Shown: positions 1 to 9,920 of the stretch, piece by piece | How positions within the stretch are numbered: position 1 is the first letter of the stretch | How the letters are laid out: every line of letters begins with the position of its first letter | Source of the DNA: an uncultured Stomatobaculum sp. | Lineage (GTDB): Bacteria; Bacillota; Clostridia; Lachnospirales; Lachnospiraceae | Assembly (NCBI GenBank): GCA_937990655.1 | Contig: CALKQX010000034.1 | Span: forward strand, 184-64,183 | DNA length: 64,000 nt | Direction of reading: 5' to 3' | Program-made: the position numbers and the translations under genes | Notes under the pieces: model-generated | What the model was told of the DNA's origin: nothing | The model's input: the letters and a program-made list of their open reading frames with translations, nothing else | The model's database searches: none

Positions 1-32
1 TCATTTTTATAGCCTCCTGTTATGTGCTTGTT

Positions 33-317
33 TTACTTTAATTCTTTGATGCTGGTGACGTTGATCTCTTCCGGTGACGCGTGAAGCTCCTCGCAGATGA
101 CCGCGAGTATCATGGAGCAAATCTCGTCGCTGATACCCGGCGGATCCGGAATCGGTCTCGGTGCTGCCTGCGCTGTCGCTGCCGCACCGGATCCCATAAC
201 CTTCGAGAACAGAAGGATCACAAGCGCGAGCGTAATCAGCGTGACCATAACCACACCGAGTCCCATGACGGACAGAAGTACGCTCTCAGGAACAGCCATG
301 GATGTGCTTGTCCACAT
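33..317 (-). CDS. OadG-family small membrane subunit (Na+-translocating decarboxylase gamma/delta-like)
   Basis: Track ORF 33..365. It has one TM helix (VMGLGVVMVTLITLALVILLF), an Ala/Pro linker and an ISDEICSMILAVICEEL tail as in OadG proteins. Start moved to ATG 317 because AGGAGG lies ~10 nt upstream. Another AGGAGG-ATG at nt 4 runs leftwards out of the window. Confidence 0.55.
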   Translation of the reverse strand: MWTSTSMAVPESVLLSVMGLGVVMVTLITLALVILLFSKVMGSGAAATAQAAPRPIPDPPGISDEICSMILAVICEELHASPEEINVTSIKELK

Positions 318-623
318 ACTAACCCTACCTCCTTTTTGATATGTACTCATTGTAACACAAGACACGCAAGATTCCTTCTCTTTGTTGTCAAAAAGCTAGC
401 GCAAATTGTTGCCGAGTCTGAACAGCGACCAAAAAACTGATTTATTTAGCGGATATCTATGCTTTATCTTGCACGATTTTTTTCTCTCCGCGTGAATCCG
501 CGCGGTTCGGTTAGAATAGGCTACTTGCAAGTTCCCACACTTGTGTTATATTGGTGCTAAGGCGAGCGGAATATCCGCTTATTTATGCGGAAAGTCCGAA
601 CTCATCGCCCGAGGAGGCAAACA

Positions 624-1502
624 ATGGAATCCAGAGACTATATTATTCAGTATAAACAGGACGATCAGTGGCGCATGCACCGCCTGCACTATCACGAAGG
701 CATTGAACTCATGCTGGTGCTGACCGACGGCGGCGACTTCTTCATGGACCGAAAAATGTACCCGCTGAAGAAGAACACTCTCTTCATCCTGAACGCCAAT
801 ACCCTGCACCGCGACGAGAACGGGGCGGACGGCTCTGTCTTCAAGCGCTATGTGCTGCACATCCTGCCCTCGTTACTCGAGCAGCTCTCAACCCCGCAGA
901 CCGATTTTGCGGAGGCGCTGAAAAACAGCGGTGCCTGCGTTCTCTTAAACGAAGAAGACAGCAAGCGCCTGGCGCGCCTCTTTGAAAAGCTGCGCATCAG
1001 CATGCCGCCCTCCTTCGGCACGGACATTCTGGAGCGCATTACGCTCTACGAGATACTGCTCTTAGTCTGCAGCCGCATTCGTTCCACCAAGAAGGAGCAC
1101 GGCACCTCGAACCAGGACTATAATCGCGTGCAGCCGATACTCGATTATCTTAGGAAGAACTGCACCGAGCACCTGTCGCTCGACGAGCTCGCCGATCACT
1201 TCATGCTGAGTAAGCATTACCTCTGCCACATCTTTAAAAAGGGCACGGGCTTCTCTGTCATGGAGTATGTGATTCAGCTCCGCATCATCACCGCCCAGCA
1301 ACTTCTGCGACAGGGCGCGAATGTCCAGGAGGCAAGCGAAAAGTCCGGTTTCCAGACCTACTCGCACTTCATTCGGACCTTCAACAGCTATGTCGGTGTC
1401 TCGCCGAAGAAATACGCAAAGCTCTACCGTCAGGGCGACCGCTACGCGGTCAATGCCGAAATCCACGGCGTGCGCAAGATGCGCGCCACCATGCCGGACT
1501 AA
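624..1502 (+). CDS. AraC-family transcriptional regulator
   Basis: Track ORF 585..1502. It has an N-terminal cupin-like part and a C-terminal double HTH (LSLDELADHFMLSKHYLCHIFKK ... SGFQTYSHFIRTFNSYVGVSPKKY). GAGGAGG lies just upstream of ATG 624. Confidence 0.85.
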   Translation: MESRDYIIQYKQDDQWRMHRLHYHEGIELMLVLTDGGDFFMDRKMYPLKKNTLFILNANTLHRDENGADGSVFKRYVLHILPSLLEQLSTPQTDFAEALKNSGACVLLNEEDSKRLARLFEKLRISMPPSFGTDILERITLYEILLLVCSRIRSTKKEHGTSNQDYNRVQPILDYLRKNCTEHLSLDELADHFMLSKHYLCHIFKKGTGFSVMEYVIQLRIITAQQLLRQGANVQEASEKSGFQTYSHFIRTFNSYVGVSPKKYAKLYRQGDRYAVNAEIHGVRKMRATMPD

Positions 1503-1506
1503 AAAA

Positions 1507-1551
1507 CGAAAAAGAACGAGCCGCAACTGCGGTTCGTTCTTTTTCGTTTTT
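1507..1551 (+). terminator. Rho-independent terminator after the AraC gene
   Basis: Long near-perfect hairpin CGAAAAAGAACGAGCCGC/GCGGTTCGTTCTTTTTCG followed by a T-run. Confidence 0.7.
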
Positions 1552-1982
1552 ACAAGATTTGCTGATTCGCCGCGCGAAGTTTGGGCTTATATCTTGCGGT
1601 GTGCGCTCCCCCGTTTTTCGTAAGGTACTTCCCTTCCTCTTCACCGGTCCCGAAGCCCGGCGGTAGGACGAACTTCACTCCTATGCCAAGCGTATTTCTC
1701 GCGATGCGAAAACCGCATTTCCGGACATCCGCAAAGATTTCTGTTTCGCAAAGTTTTCGTTCCGTGCCGCCCGATGAATGTGCATTCACTCAAACAATAA
1801 ATCCTTATAGAATCAGTTAAAAATAGTGCACACGGGTTCAAAATAGGAACGTACGTTTTGTATTGTTTCCCCTTTTCAATGCCTGCTTTTCAGTTGGTTC
1901 GAGCGATGCCACGCGAAAGCGATGACACAGCGAGACACGGTTGTTCTCTCCGAGCACGAGAGCTCTTTCCGTTTTGACTTCT

Positions 1983-2813
1983 TCACAGGTGGCGCAGGAG
2001 AGAAGTCAGTTCTGCCACAATTGCCCAGAGGAAAAGGGCGCCCGCAACACAGAGTCCCCACCAAAACACTTGTTTGATGCGAGCATTCTTCACCGCGGAA
2101 AAGCCAAAATAAAGCAAGGCAATCGGGGTCAGCGCGTAGCCGCCCAACATTCCGAAATACCAGATCCACGGGAGAAAGTGCGGAACTCCGATGCCGCGCG
2201 GCGCAGTCAAATTCATCCAGACGGTAGAGAGCGCACAGCAACAAAGGAGCCCCGCGGTCAGCGCATAGAGCTTACGAAACCGCAGTTCCCGCTGCCGCTT
2301 GTACAGCCAAAGCATGAGAAGCGCGAGTCCCAGCGGTAAAACCACATTTGGAAATATGGGCACGAATACCTCCTTCCATCCGCCAAAGCATCTCATTGCG
2401 GAGTGAATCAGTTCGGTCAGGACATAGTAAAACCATGCGAGCCCGGCCGCAGAAAGCAGCGCAGCGCTCAGGCTTATCAGTTGCAACAGGGCCGCGGGAC
2501 AGCGCTGTGTATTCCCCGCCGCATCGAAAAAGTGCAGAAACGAAAGCAGGGCCAAAATATAGCCGAAGTAGAGCGTCCAAACTCGGACGGAATATGCCGA
2601 CGCATACGCGACGGAGCCGTACGGAAACACATAGCTGTGTGCAATATAAGCGAATATCCCGCAGCCGAATAAGAGCACCGTGAGGCTGTAAAGATGCCGA
2701 TTCCAAATCAGCGCTCGGTGCAGCCTGCGCATGCGGAGCAACGCAGGTAGCAGCGCAAACGGAAGCAGCAGATTCATCAGAAACGGAAGCAGGTGATTCA
2801 AAAACAGCTCCAT
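1983..2813 (-). CDS. Polytopic membrane protein of unknown function
   Basis: Track ORF 1983..2903. About 8 hydrophobic helices. Start moved to MELFLNH (ATG 2813), which is preceded by AAAGGAGAG. No family recognised. Confidence 0.55.
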   Translation of the reverse strand: MELFLNHLLPFLMNLLLPFALLPALLRMRRLHRALIWNRHLYSLTVLLFGCGIFAYIAHSYVFPYGSVAYASAYSVRVWTLYFGYILALLSFLHFFDAAGNTQRCPAALLQLISLSAALLSAAGLAWFYYVLTELIHSAMRCFGGWKEVFVPIFPNVVLPLGLALLMLWLYKRQRELRFRKLYALTAGLLCCCALSTVWMNLTAPRGIGVPHFLPWIWYFGMLGGYALTPIALLYFGFSAVKNARIKQVFWWGLCVAGALFLWAIVAELTSLLRHL

Positions 2814-2868
2814 ACCGCTCTCCTTTCGCTTCGCGCCGAATAAAGGCGAACCTCTGCCCCCGCTCCTC

Positions 2869-3634
2869 TCACGGTACGAGCAGTTGGGAAATAATCTTGA
2901 CAAAGAGCAACACCAGCACGAGCAAGAGGACAGGGCGTATGGCCTTGCTCCCCTGCTTCAGCGCAAGCCCCGCGCCGAGGTAGGCACCTATCATATTGCA
3001 GACCGCCGCGCTCAGGCCGAGCGGAATTAAGACGGTGCCGTGCATCAGAAATACGATGAGTGAACTCAGATTGGTCGCCAAGTTAATGGCCTTTGCCTGC
3101 CCGTTTGCGCTTTTTAAACCGAGGCGCGACCAGACGTTTAAGAGCACAATCAAAAAGGTGCCTGTGCCCGGCCCGTAGAGTCCGTCGTAAATGCCGACCA
3201 GGAAGGCCGAGGCCGCCGCGGTCACATAGGTACGCCCCGTGATTTGTTCTTCCTCCGGGCTTCGGTCGCGAAGCAGATTCTTGTTCAGAACCAGAAAGGC
3301 GACAAAGGGCAGGATGCAAAGGAGGATAATCAAAGTCATCCGCTCCGGCATGCGGAGCGAGAGCCGCGCACCGATCGAAGCGCCCACAAAGGCCGCCGCG
3401 ACCGCGGGAAGCGCAAGACGCTTTTCAATCATGCCCTGCTTCGCAAAGCGGCCGGTCGCGAGCGTGGTCCCGAAGACCGCCGAAAACTTATTGGTGCCGA
3501 TGGCCGTGTGCACCGGTATTCCCGCAAAGAGGTAGGCGGGCAGGGAAACCAGCCCGCCCCCCGCCGCCGATGGCGTCTACAAAGCCCGCCAGAAAAACCA
3601 GCGGGCATACAATCAAAAAAGTTATGATACTCAT
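2869..3634 (-). pseudogene. Sulfite exporter TauE/SafE-family permease, frameshifted in a G6/C6 run
   Basis: Track ORF 2869..3513 starts inside the family (IPVHTAIGTNKFS...). The missing N-terminus MSIITFLIVCPLVFLAGFVDAIGGGG is encoded from ATG 3634 in another frame. The frames meet at CCCCCC 3557-3562, and removing one base restores GGGGGLVSLPAYLFAGIPVHTAIGTNKF. Confidence 0.75.
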
Positions 3635-3641
3635 TGTTTTC

Positions 3642-4283
3642 TCAGGCGATGTGAACGTTCACTTCCTCGCGATACATCTTCTCGGGGAAGAAGCGGCGAT
3701 AGAAGCGATCCAAAATGTGCCGAATTTCCGCGGCGGAGTGCGACGTAGCGCCGCCTGCCTCGAGGATGCGGTAGTTCATGCCGCAGACCTCCGCGCGCAC
3801 GCGGGTCTCACGGACGCCGTTCCTTAGATAAAACGCACGACGGCGAAGGCGCACGGCCTCCTCTTCATCATCCGCGGCGTGATCCGGATCCTCAATCTCA
3901 CCGAGTATCGTCTCGGCATCGTCGATGTGTGCCTCCATCTCCCGCAAAAAGTCGGTCCCGATTCCGCTGCCTCGCTCCGATTCCTTGACGGCAAAGTAGT
4001 CGAGCAGATAGTGGTGTCCCTCCTCCGCCTTTTCCCGCGCAAAGAGCGCATAGGCGAGGAGCTCTTGCTTCTTGCTGTTGTCGCGGATCGCGAGCGGCAG
4101 ATAATGCCCCGTCTCGTAGAGTTCCCGCATCTTCGGGAAGGGCTTTAATTCTACCTCCGGAAAATCTTCCTGCATTCTCGTCTCAAAGAGCTTCCGCAGC
4201 GCGGGCAGGTTGAGTTTTTCCACTCGGATCCGCTTGGTACAGTCTGTGTCCGCCGTCTGTTTTCGTTTCAGTTCGTGTCGCAT
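3642..4283 (-). CDS. GNAT-family N-acetyltransferase
   Basis: 213-aa ORF with an acetyl-CoA-binding type motif (VKESERGSGIGTDFLREM). Confidence 0.7.
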   Translation of the reverse strand: MRHELKRKQTADTDCTKRIRVEKLNLPALRKLFETRMQEDFPEVELKPFPKMRELYETGHYLPLAIRDNSKKQELLAYALFAREKAEEGHHYLLDYFAVKESERGSGIGTDFLREMEAHIDDAETILGEIEDPDHAADDEEEAVRLRRRAFYLRNGVRETRVRAEVCGMNYRILEAGGATSHSAAEIRHILDRFYRRFFPEKMYREEVNVHIA

Positions 4284-4301
4284 GATTTGTTTCTCCTTTT
4301 C

Positions 4302-5165
4302 TTACTTTTCTTGTCCCCGCTCCTTACGGGGTGTAAAGCGTTCCTTGTGAGTGAGCGCATAATAGAATAGGTATTGCTGTAAAATACCCGCGTGCTTCCG
4401 GGCGACCAAGGGGTCCACACCCTGATAGCCCTCACTCACAATGCGCTGCATCCAGACGTCCGAGGGCACGCGCTCCGTTCTGCCGTAGCCAAAGAGCATC
4501 ACGCAGTTCGCGACCTTCTTCCCGACGCCGTGTACGCCCTGTAGTTCCGCAAAGAGTTCCTCATCCGGACGTTTGCGAAGCGCAGCGAGATCAAGCTTCC
4601 CGTCCGCCACGCGGCGCGCGGCGTCCAGCACATAGGGCGCGCGGTAGCCGAGCCCCAAATCCCGCAGGCTTTGCTCCGAGCTTCCGGCAAGCGCCTCCGG
4701 CTTCGGAAAGAGAAAGACCGTCTCTCCGGAAGGTGCCTTTGTCGCCTCGCCGTAGGTCTCGGCCAGCATGCGAACCGCAGTCCGTATGGCCGGAATGGAT
4801 TTTCGTTGCGAGAGCACAAAGGAAACCAGCATCTCAAAGGGCTCCTGCCGGAGCACCCGTATGCCGTCGCCGTGAACCGTCGCCTCGGCGAGCAAGGTAT
4901 CTCCGCTCTCGAAGATATCGCGCTGTATGGCGCTGTAGTCGCGCTCCAGGTCAAAGTAGGGACGCCATACCTTATCCCAGGATTCCGCATCGCAGGAGAC
5001 TTCCACGGCGCAGTCGCCGTGCTGTCTTAACTCCAGCACCTCGTTTCCCGAGATAAAGCGGAACACACCGTCCCCGATTTCACCGGGGCGAAAGCACTGT
5101 CCGCTGTCCGCTATCTTCCGTAAACTCAGTGCTTCCCTGAGCTCTATGGTACGAAACTCCCGCAC
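4302..5165 (-). CDS. HhH-GPD DNA glycosylase (8-oxoguanine glycosylase/AlkA-like)
   Basis: 287-aa ORF with a helix-hairpin-helix Gly/Pro motif (LQGVHGVGKKVANCVMLFGYG ... VPSDVWMQR) after an OGG-N-like N-terminal part. Confidence 0.8.
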   Translation of the reverse strand: MREFRTIELREALSLRKIADSGQCFRPGEIGDGVFRFISGNEVLELRQHGDCAVEVSCDAESWDKVWRPYFDLERDYSAIQRDIFESGDTLLAEATVHGDGIRVLRQEPFEMLVSFVLSQRKSIPAIRTAVRMLAETYGEATKAPSGETVFLFPKPEALAGSSEQSLRDLGLGYRAPYVLDAARRVADGKLDLAALRKRPDEELFAELQGVHGVGKKVANCVMLFGYGRTERVPSDVWMQRIVSEGYQGVDPLVARKHAGILQQYLFYYALTHKERFTPRKERGQEK

Positions 5166-5277
5166 AAGTCCTCCTTCGGTCTACATAAGCGTTATGCTAC
5201 TATCCTAACCCAAATTCAAAAAACCGTCAAATCGGCAAGAAAAAGTCACCCCGAAAGAATTAGATTACTTAAAACGA

Positions 5278-5317
5278 AAGACCACACCAAAAAACAAAGC
5301 CCTTGGTGTGGTCTTTT
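5278..5317 (-). terminator. Rho-independent terminator after the lipoprotein gene
   Basis: Hairpin AAAGACCACACCAA/TTGGTGTGGTCTTT with T-runs on both strands. Confidence 0.65.
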
Positions 5318-5322
5318 TCTTG

Positions 5323-6651
5323 TCAGCGCAGAGCTATGCTCTCATTCCCCGCGACCCCGTGGAGCGTATTCTCTTCCGCGAGCTCCGGACAAGAAATCTG
5401 CACATAGTCGTAGGCACTGCGCGGGAGTTCCCAGTAAAGGGTGCTTCCGTCACCCCGCTGCACGGAAATCTGCTCTTGCTGCGGGTGCTCGCTATTCAGC
5501 TCCCACTCGAAGAAGGGCTGCGCGGAATCTGCCGAAATCTTCTCCGCCCGCGCCTTCATGCCCGAGGCAATCAGGACACCGCCGTCCACGCGGCAACTGC
5601 CGTTCCAGTCGAGCGCTGCGTCCTTGCCGTTGTCCGAGCCGTTCACAAAACTCATACCGCCGCTGAAAATCAAATCGCCGTTCGAGTCGATGCCGTCGCC
5701 GCCCGCGGTCACATGGAGCTCTCCGCCCGAGATATGAACCCAAACTTCCGGATTCGCCTCCTTCTTCTTGGTCTCGGTCTGCGCCTTGTCGTAGTGCTCC
5801 CGCGCGTTCATGCCGTCATCGTCCGCGCTGATGTCAAAGCTTCCGCCGCTCATCTCTATGGTCTTTCCCTCTATACCCTCACTCGTATAGGCAAAGACAT
5901 AGGATCCGCCCGCAAGCGTCACCGCGCCGTCTGAGCTGACACCCTTGCCCTTTTCGCCGCGCACGCTCGCCCGGACCACGCCGCCCTGCAAATCGACGCT
6001 CTCCTTGCCGCGGAAAATATCGTCCTCGGTCTCGATATCATAGGCGCCCTCCGTGACCAAAAGCTCCTCCTTCGCAACGAAGCCCTGATCCGCCGCCGTG
6101 ATGACCGCGCTGCCGCTGCCGGCGAGATATAAATTTCCCTTGGAATAAACGGCCGCTCGAATGTTATCCGGTTCGAGCGCCTCTCCCTTCTTATCGGTTC
6201 TGCCGTCGGTCACGATTTCGTTTGCCTTCTCGCCCTCGAAAATCAGACCGAGTTCCCCGCGCTGCACCGCGCGAATCGCATTTTTTCCGCGAGTGTGAAT
6301 CTTTACCCCGTTGAGATACAGCAGCACGGAGACATTGGCCGCACGCACTTCGATCGGAATGCGACTCTCCCCCTCCAAGCGGTAACTTCCGCCCTCGTGG
6401 ATTACAAGCACGCCCTTCTCGACCGCCGCGCCGCGCCCTTCGATTTTTGCCCGCTCGCCGCGCAGCGTAATCTTCACCACAGCGGCCTCGTCAGCTGCGT
6501 TCGAAGCGGTTCCCAAGCTCGCATCCGAAGCGATTGCGGGCGCTGTCTCGTCCTTAGACTGCGGTTTCGTTGCACAAGCCGTAAGGAGAGCTGCGGAGAG
6601 CGCCGTGAGTAAGAAAAGCGGAAGGAACCCGGTCTTGTTTCTCTGTTTCAT
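5323..6651 (-). CDS. Secreted lipoprotein, Cthe_2159-like carbohydrate-binding/beta-helix repeat protein
   Basis: Track ORF 5323..6663. Start moved to MKQRNKTGFLPLFLLTALSAALLTAC (lipobox LTAC). The body is repetitive and Gly/Asp-rich, as in PF14262-type proteins (family assigned by recollection). Confidence 0.6.
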   Translation of the reverse strand: MKQRNKTGFLPLFLLTALSAALLTACATKPQSKDETAPAIASDASLGTASNAADEAAVVKITLRGERAKIEGRGAAVEKGVLVIHEGGSYRLEGESRIPIEVRAANVSVLLYLNGVKIHTRGKNAIRAVQRGELGLIFEGEKANEIVTDGRTDKKGEALEPDNIRAAVYSKGNLYLAGSGSAVITAADQGFVAKEELLVTEGAYDIETEDDIFRGKESVDLQGGVVRASVRGEKGKGVSSDGAVTLAGGSYVFAYTSEGIEGKTIEMSGGSFDISADDDGMNAREHYDKAQTETKKKEANPEVWVHISGGELHVTAGGDGIDSNGDLIFSGGMSFVNGSDNGKDAALDWNGSCRVDGGVLIASGMKARAEKISADSAQPFFEWELNSEHPQQEQISVQRGDGSTLYWELPRSAYDYVQISCPELAEENTLHGVAGNESIALR

Positions 6652-6720
6652 TTCACACCTCATTCGAGAAAACTATGATACCATTTAGAAAACACAAATT
6701 ATAAGGAAGCGGAGGTTTCC

Positions 6721-7401
6721 ATGACGATATTACTGGTGGAAGATGAGGTCCGCCTCGCAGCGGCACTCATTGAACTGTTTCACGCCGAAAAATACCTCGC
6801 GGATCACGCGGACAACGGCGAGGACGGACTCTATGCCGCCCTGCAAAAAGACTACGATGTCATAGTCCTCGATGTGATGCTGCCCAAAATGGACGGCTTT
6901 GCCGTGGTACACGCCCTTAGGCGCGCCGGGAAGAAGACTCCCGTTCTCATGCTGACCGCGCGGGATGAGATACGCGATAAAATCGAGGGTCTCGACCAAG
7001 GAGCGGATGACTATATGACCAAGCCCTTTGTCCCGGAAGAACTCCTTGCGCGGGTCCGCGCCCTCTCCCGCCGCCAAGGCGAGGTTCTCTTGGATGAGCT
7101 CCGCTTCGGCGACCTCTGCCTCTCGCTTGCGACGAACGAACTGAACGCCAAGGGGCAAAGCGTTCGCCTCGCCTATAAGGAGGCGGAACTCCTGAAACTC
7201 TTGATTGCGAATAAGGGCGTGATTCTAAGCAAAGAGACCATACTCCGGAAACTCTGGGGCGATGAGAGCGATGCGGTCGAAAACAATGTCGAAGCCTATG
7301 TCTCCTTCCTCCGGAAAAAGCTGGGCTTTTTGCAGTCTTCGGTGCGGATTCAGGCCATACGCCGCCAGGGCTATCTGCTGCTCGAAGAGGAAGCGCTATG
7401 A
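6721..7401 (+). CDS. OmpR-family response regulator
   Basis: Receiver domain (ILLVEDE ... VIVLDVMLPKMDG) plus a winged-helix output domain (RIQAIRRQGYLL). Confidence 0.9.
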   Translation: MTILLVEDEVRLAAALIELFHAEKYLADHADNGEDGLYAALQKDYDVIVLDVMLPKMDGFAVVHALRRAGKKTPVLMLTARDEIRDKIEGLDQGADDYMTKPFVPEELLARVRALSRRQGEVLLDELRFGDLCLSLATNELNAKGQSVRLAYKEAELLKLLIANKGVILSKETILRKLWGDESDAVENNVEAYVSFLRKKLGFLQSSVRIQAIRRQGYLLLEEEAL

Positions 7402-8720
7402 AGCCGCTCCGCCTCTTACAGCGCCGCATCATCGCGACAAACCTCTTCTTTGTGCTGATACTGCTCCTCGGCATCCTGACTGCACTCTTTCTGAATGCCC
7501 GTGCCCGCTCCATGAAGGAGGCAGGCCGTTATCTCGCTGCGGAGCTCCGCTTTGCGCGCTTCTTTTCCGAGCATGAGAGCGAGGCAATCAGCTCGTCGGA
7601 TGAAATCGGACCGCCGCCGGACGGCGCGCAAGCAGCCACGGCATACTATCCCTATGTCATTTTTTCGAGAGACAGTAGCAGCGACTCTTATACCGTCTCC
7701 AGAAGCTACGATCTAAACTTAAGCGACGCGGATACCGCCCGTCTACAAAGCTTGCTGCAGCGTATCGCGGACAGCGATACCGGTTCGGAGAAAAAAGGAC
7801 TGCCCGAGCGCCCGGGAGAAAACGAAAGCCTGACCCCTGCCTTTTCTTCCTATTATTATTTGCAGGGGAGACAGGCCGGAAAGCGCGTTTTCCTCGTCAC
7901 CTCGCTCGACAAGCTGAACGCCTCGCTGCTCCGCTTTGCCCTGCAGCTCGGCGGCATCTTCCTACTCGCCGGCTTCCTCATCTTCGGGCTCAGCTTCTTT
8001 CTGGCACGCATGAGCTTACGCCCGGTCGAGCACGCCTTTTCCGAACAGCAGCGCTTTGTACAGGATGCCTCGCATGAGCTGAAAACCCCGCTTACGGTGA
8101 TACTCGCGAACCTCTCGATTTTAAAATCCCGCCCCGCAGCCACGATTCAAGAGGAAATGCTCTGGATACAAAATACCGAGACCGAGGCGCGCCGCATGCA
8201 GGAGCTCACCGAACGCCTGCTCTTCCTCGCAAAGGCAGATTCCAAGCGCCTCTCACCGAAAATAGAGCGCCTCTCGCTCTCGCAGCTCACCGAGGCCGCG
8301 GCACTCCCCTTTACCGCGCTCGCCTTTGAGCGCGGACTGACACTCGACACGGAACCGGAAGCCGGGATCTCTGTGAAGGGCGATGCCCGGGCTCTCACCC
8401 AGCTCCTCGCTATTTTGATCGACAACGCGCTCAAGTTCGCGAGATCCGGCAGCGTGGTCACCGTACGGCTTGCTCGGCAAAAAAAGCACGCCCTGCTCTC
8501 CGTACACAACGAGGGGGAAGTCATCCCGCAGGATGCGCTCCCCCATCTCTTCGATCGTTTTTATCGCGTGGACAAATCGCGCGCCCGTGCGCAGGGCGGT
8601 TACGGACTCGGTCTCTCCATCGCAAAGACCATAGCACATGCCCACGGCGGCGATATTCGCGTCGAGAGCTCCGCCGAACACGGCACCTGTTTCACGACTA
8701 CCCTGCCGCTCTCAGAATAA
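7398..8720 (+). CDS. Sensor histidine kinase
   Basis: ATGA overlap with the regulator gene. It has two TM segments, an H-box (FVQDASHELKTPLT) and HATPase N/G boxes (DNALKF ... GGYGLGLSI). Confidence 0.9.
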   Translation: MKPLRLLQRRIIATNLFFVLILLLGILTALFLNARARSMKEAGRYLAAELRFARFFSEHESEAISSSDEIGPPPDGAQAATAYYPYVIFSRDSSSDSYTVSRSYDLNLSDADTARLQSLLQRIADSDTGSEKKGLPERPGENESLTPAFSSYYYLQGRQAGKRVFLVTSLDKLNASLLRFALQLGGIFLLAGFLIFGLSFFLARMSLRPVEHAFSEQQRFVQDASHELKTPLTVILANLSILKSRPAATIQEEMLWIQNTETEARRMQELTERLLFLAKADSKRLSPKIERLSLSQLTEAAALPFTALAFERGLTLDTEPEAGISVKGDARALTQLLAILIDNALKFARSGSVVTVRLARQKKHALLSVHNEGEVIPQDALPHLFDRFYRVDKSRARAQGGYGLGLSIAKTIAHAHGGDIRVESSAEHGTCFTTTLPLSE

Positions 8721-9920
8721 GTTGCGGGGATCCTCCGGAAACAGCGCCTGATTCCGCGGCAAAACCTGATAGAAATCCGCAAAGACACGGTTGCTGAGGT
8801 CAATGCCCCGCTCAGTGAGTCGGAGCATGGGGGTGTCCACCTCCAGGAGACCCAGCTCCGTGTTTTTTCGTATCGCCTCCCCGAAGAGATCAAACATATT
8901 GAAGTGAAAAAGATCGTAAAAATCCGCCCCCGAAACCCCCTTGGTCATACGAAGGCCGAGGTACATGAATTCTTCCATCTCATCCGCGACCGTAAGCGCC
9001 ACCAAATCCTGATAGAGCGGCATCAAATCGCGGTGCATCTCAACCGCCATATAGCGGTCCAATCTCTCCTCCGAGTGAAAGCGGTGATGCTTTAACTTAC
9101 TCGAAGCGCCGAGGCCCACACCGAGATAGTCTACATCGGTCCAGTAGCCTATGTTGTGGCGACACTCCTTGCCGGGTCGCGCGTAGTTGGAAATCTCATA
9201 GCGCAGGAAGCCGTATTCCTCAAGCAGCGCCCGGGTCTCGACATACATGGCTCTCTCTTCCTCTTCACTCGGCAGCGCCTTCTCCCCCGCCGGCGTTCCG
9301 TAGAGCTCCGCAAAGGGCGTGCCGGGCTCAATGATTAAGGAGTAGGCCGAGATATGCTCCGGATGGAGACGCAGTACTTTTTTGAGGCTCTGCCGCCACT
9401 TGTGGAGGCTCTGATGCGGAATTCCGCTCATCAGATCGATGTTGATGTTGTCAAAGCGCGCCGCTCTCGCGAGTTCATAGCTGTGGAGAAAGTCATTGTA
9501 GCTGTGAATCCGGCCGAGCAGCTTTAATTCTTCATCGTCCGCGGACTGAAGCCCTAGACTCAGGCGGTTGATGCCGGCCTCGCGGTAATACTCGAGTTTG
9601 GTCGCGTCCAGCGTCCCGGGATTACATTCGATTGTAATCTCGACATCCGCCTCGACCACAAAACTCTCGTAGACCGCCGAGATAATGTTTTGCACCTGCA
9701 AACCGCTCAAAATCGAAGGCGTGCCGCCCCCGATGAATATGCTGCTCAGCTGGTACTCCGGCAGTATATGCCCCTGCGCGCGTATTTCTTCAATCAGCTG
9801 ATTCACATAGGCGCGCTGCGCCTCCGGGGTCGACTCGCCGGACAGAAAGTCACAGTAGCGGCACTTGGACGCGCAGAACGGAATGTGAATATACAGTTCC
9901 AGTTTTTGTTTCTCACTCAT
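8712..9920 (-). CDS. hemW: Radical-SAM heme chaperone HemW (coproporphyrinogen III oxidase-like)
   Basis: CxxxCxxC motif ([13 protein letters not shown]) and the conserved position directly downstream of lepA, with an 8-nt overlap. Confidence 0.85.
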   Translation of the reverse strand: MSEKQKLELYIHIPFCASKCRYCDFLSGESTPEAQRAYVNQLIEEIRAQGHILPEYQLSSIFIGGGTPSILSGLQVQNIISAVYESFVVEADVEITIECNPGTLDATKLEYYREAGINRLSLGLQSADDEELKLLGRIHSYNDFLHSYELARAARFDNINIDLMSGIPHQSLHKWRQSLKKVLRLHPEHISAYSLIIEPGTPFAELYGTPAGEKALPSEEEERAMYVETRALLEEYGFLRYEISNYARPGKECRHNIGYWTDVDYLGVGLGASSKLKHHRFHSEERLDRYMAVEMHRDLMPLYQDLVALTVADEMEEFMYLGLRMTKGVSGADFYDLFHFNMFDLFGEAIRKNTELGLLEVDTPMLRLTERGIDLSNRVFADFYQVLPRNQALFPEDPRNLF

